This document shows, piece after piece, positions 61,852 to 64,000 of a DNA stretch of 64,000 nt. The notes below the pieces were generated by a model. It was given only the letters and a program-made list of their open reading frames with translations, was not told the origin of the DNA and did not search any database. Each line of letters starts with the position of its first letter. The stretch's first letter is position 1. The position numbers were made by a program, and so were the translations under genes. Origin of the DNA: Clostridiaceae bacterium. Lineage in GTDB: Bacteria; Bacillota; Clostridia; Oscillospirales; Acutalibacteraceae. The DNA lies in the NCBI GenBank assembly GCA_016295355.1, contig JAEDLK010000005.1, positions 1,871-65,870 on the forward strand, given 5' to 3'.

Positions 61852-62454
61852 TCAAATGGTTTCCTTAACCTCAACCACACCACTGCTGTGATAAAGGGAC
61901 GGGTTTACAATCAGCGTATAGCCGCGCCCCGGCTCGCACGCCCATTCAAAATTACGGCGTCTGGGCAAGGCCGTGCAGGAGAGAAGCGTCATAATAACCC
62001 CTCCGTGCACAATTAAGGCGGCATCATGCACCATAGAATCCATCATATCCAACACCACTTCGTTCAGTCCCAAGCAAATACGTTTGGCAAACTCGGTGCT
62101 GTCCTCGCCACCCGGCGGACAGGGAATCTGCCCGGAAGTCCAACGGAAAAAATCCGGGTCGCTCTCCAATTCAACCGCCGTGCGCCCCTCAAAAACACCG
62201 AAATCATATTCCCGCAGATTATCCATGTTTTCCGCCGTAAAATCGGGATATAAAATCGAAGCGGTTTGCCGACAGCGTAACAACGGGCTGGTATAAACCT
62301 TTTCAACCGTCGGATAGGTTATCTGATCGGTAAGGTTTTTCAAATTACGAACACCGGCCGGTGACAACGGTAAATCGGTCACGCCGATATACGCCCCTTG
62401 TTCATTGCCCAGCGTCAGCCCATGGCGAATTACATGAATTCTATAGGTTCTCAT
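61852..62454 (-). CDS. Histidine phosphatase family protein (PGM/CobC-like)
   Basis: RHG motif (VIRHGLTLGN). About 200 aa. Confidence 0.8.
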   Translation of the reverse strand: MRTYRIHVIRHGLTLGNEQGAYIGVTDLPLSPAGVRNLKNLTDQITYPTVEKVYTSPLLRCRQTASILYPDFTAENMDNLREYDFGVFEGRTAVELESDPDFFRWTSGQIPCPPGGEDSTEFAKRICLGLNEVVLDMMDSMVHDAALIVHGGVIMTLLSCTALPRRRNFEWACEPGRGYTLIVNPSLYHSSGVVEVKETI

Positions 62455-63616
62455 ACAAGTCCTCCTCGGATAATTGAGTGATAATGCTGTTTGAAACCAG
62501 CATACCCTTTTCGGTCAGCGCAAAGGTGGTGCCGTCAAACTCCGCCAGTTGTTGTTCGGACAACGCCTGAGCTTTTGAGATAAAGGCATCTGAAAAACGC
62601 TTTCCGTAACGCTGGCCGAGTGTTTTGGCGTTCAACCCTTCGTCCAACCGCAAAGCCAACATCAGCCATTCAAAAAGGGTGCCGCCCGGCTCGTCATACA
62701 CCGTTTCTTCACCCTGTAAATAGGCCGATACATTCGCCGGCTGATGAAACCGCCGACCGTCTAAAAACGAATACGCCGATGGTCCTAACCCTAAATACTC
62801 TCTGTCCTGCCAGTAACGCAAATTATGTCGACTTCGCTTTTCATCCAAACAAAAATTGGATATTTCATAGTGGCGGTATCCCCACTCTCGCAACCGTTCG
62901 CAAAGCCGCAGATATTGCTGGCACAATGCTTCATCATCCAAAAAGCGATATTCCTCACGGCGTGCCTTGAAACGCGTGTTTTCCTCTAAAATCAACATAT
63001 AAGCCGATAGATGCTCCGGACGAAGCGTCTTGACCATTTGCAGGGTCTTTTCCAGTGTCTGCTCATCACTGTTGGGCACACCCAGCATAACATCCACACT
63101 GATATTGTCAAAGCCGACTCTTTTGGCATCGGTTATAACCTGCGCACCCTGCTTTGCCGTGTGTCTTCGACCCAAGGTTTTCAACGCACGGTCATCCCCC
63201 GATTGCAAACCAACTGATAAACGGTTGACCCCGACCTGCCGATAGCCGGCCAAGGTATCCTTATCAGCCGTGTCGGGATTAAGTTCCAATGTGATTTCGG
63301 CATCCGACAACAGGGTGAAGGATTGTTGCACAGCCGTCATCAGCCCGTTCAACTGATTGACCGTCAACAAAGACGGTGTACCGCCGCCGAAGTACAATGT
63401 GTCAATGGGGCGGTCAATACGGCCACCCCATTCTTCTATCTCTTGCGTCAATCGGGAAAGATACGCCTGTATTCGAACCGGACTCGGGCAAGCCGTGTAA
63501 AAGTCACAGTAAGCACACCGATGCCGGCAAAACGGAATATGTAGATACAGACCGATCGGATCAGACAAGAATTTCCGCCTCGCAACTACCCGGAACAGCG
63601 GCTGCATTTGCCTCAT
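62441..63616 (-). CDS. hemW: Radical SAM heme chaperone HemW (coproporphyrinogen III oxidase-like)
   Basis: LYLHIPFCRHRCAYCDFY radical SAM motif. Start uncertain: ATG 63616/63607, or TTG 63568 overlapping the pduL stop. Confidence 0.85.
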   Translation of the reverse strand: MRQMQPLFRVVARRKFLSDPIGLYLHIPFCRHRCAYCDFYTACPSPVRIQAYLSRLTQEIEEWGGRIDRPIDTLYFGGGTPSLLTVNQLNGLMTAVQQSFTLLSDAEITLELNPDTADKDTLAGYRQVGVNRLSVGLQSGDDRALKTLGRRHTAKQGAQVITDAKRVGFDNISVDVMLGVPNSDEQTLEKTLQMVKTLRPEHLSAYMLILEENTRFKARREEYRFLDDEALCQQYLRLCERLREWGYRHYEISNFCLDEKRSRHNLRYWQDREYLGLGPSAYSFLDGRRFHQPANVSAYLQGEETVYDEPGGTLFEWLMLALRLDEGLNAKTLGQRYGKRFSDAFISKAQALSEQQLAEFDGTTFALTEKGMLVSNSIITQLSEEDLYENL

Positions 63617-64000
63617 CGGTATCCAAGTGCATGGCCAGCTTATAGTTCGGATTTACGCGGGCCACCACATCGTCAAAGACCAAAGCACGATCCTCTGTCT
63701 GGATTTTTACGCTGACAACCTGCTTATCGGTGATACCGTACTTTTCAGCATCCTCAGGAGCCAAATGAATGTGACGCTTCGCTGCAATCACGCCCTGTGT
63801 GACTTCAACCTCGCCGCAGGGACCGACCAAACGGCATCCGGCACTGCCGTCTAAATCACCCGACTCACGGATGGGAGCCTTAACACCGATGCTTCTGGCG
63901 TCGGTCAAGGACAATTCAACCTGTGTATGACTACGGCAGGGGCCCAAAATGGACACACCGGCCAACTCACGCTTTGGGCCGACAACGGTTACACGCTCCT
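63561..64000 (-). CDS. pduL: Phosphate propanoyltransferase PduL-like (5' end outside the window)
   Basis: The reading frame is open to the window edge (...ERVTVVGPKRELAGVSILGPCR...). AAKRHIHL and LAMHLDTDEANA repeats are typical of PduL. Confidence 0.8.
   Translation of the reverse strand, partial: ERVTVVGPKRELAGVSILGPCRSHTQVELSLTDARSIGVKAPIRESGDLDGSAGCRLVGPCGEVEVTQGVIAAKRHIHLAPEDAEKYGITDKQVVSVKIQTEDRALVFDDVVARVNPNYKLAMHLDTDEANAAAVPGSCEAEILV

Noticed and set aside
1-64000. CRISPR arrays, rRNA genes, tmRNA, RNase P RNA, group II introns
   Set aside because: Reading through all intergenic regions, I saw no regularly spaced direct repeats and no characteristic conserved blocks of these RNAs. 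The only repeat family found is the inverted 208-nt pair.

Overview
About 64 kb of chromosome from a spore-forming Clostridia-class Firmicute: sigK, ytfI/ytfJ, a gerA-type germinant receptor operon and sleB are present, and GC looks near 50% by eye. There are roughly 60 tightly packed protein genes and no rRNA, complete tRNA or CRISPR array. Most of the window is housekeeping. This includes greA, coaE, tsaC/sua5, prfA, trkAH, uxaC, mgtE, tyrS, nth, pdxK, hemW and pduL, plus a Re-citrate synthase/GntR/aconitase/IDH operon and yhaO/yhaN-like genes. Recognisable RNA elements are a cobalamin riboswitch in front of a DUF4430 lipoprotein plus an ECF S-component, and a Tyr T-box in front of tyrS. Three things deserve a second look. 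(1) Upstream of metQ, a 35-codon leader ORF has 7 ATG codons within 12 codons and is wired to mutually exclusive antiterminator and terminator helices. This looks like a ribosome-mediated methionine attenuator; no S-box or Met T-box is visible. (2) An XRE/ImmA (DdrO/IrrE-like) pair lies divergent from a Zn-ribbon / sigma-region-4-like / Y-family polymerase operon. That operon has a consensus promoter carrying three 18-bp operator-like palindromes. (3) Two inverted copies of a ~208-nt hairpin-rich element lie about 10.5 kb apart. Their substitutions keep pairing (including G-U) in one orientation only, and each copy sits in the 3' region of the upstream gene. Smaller items are an apparently permuted MetQ domain order, an IS3 OrfA remnant with an in-frame TGA, a decayed locus of gene fragments, and an mgtE leader without a recognisable M-box. 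All calls come from reading the sequence and translated ORFs, using motifs recalled from memory. No database search was run.
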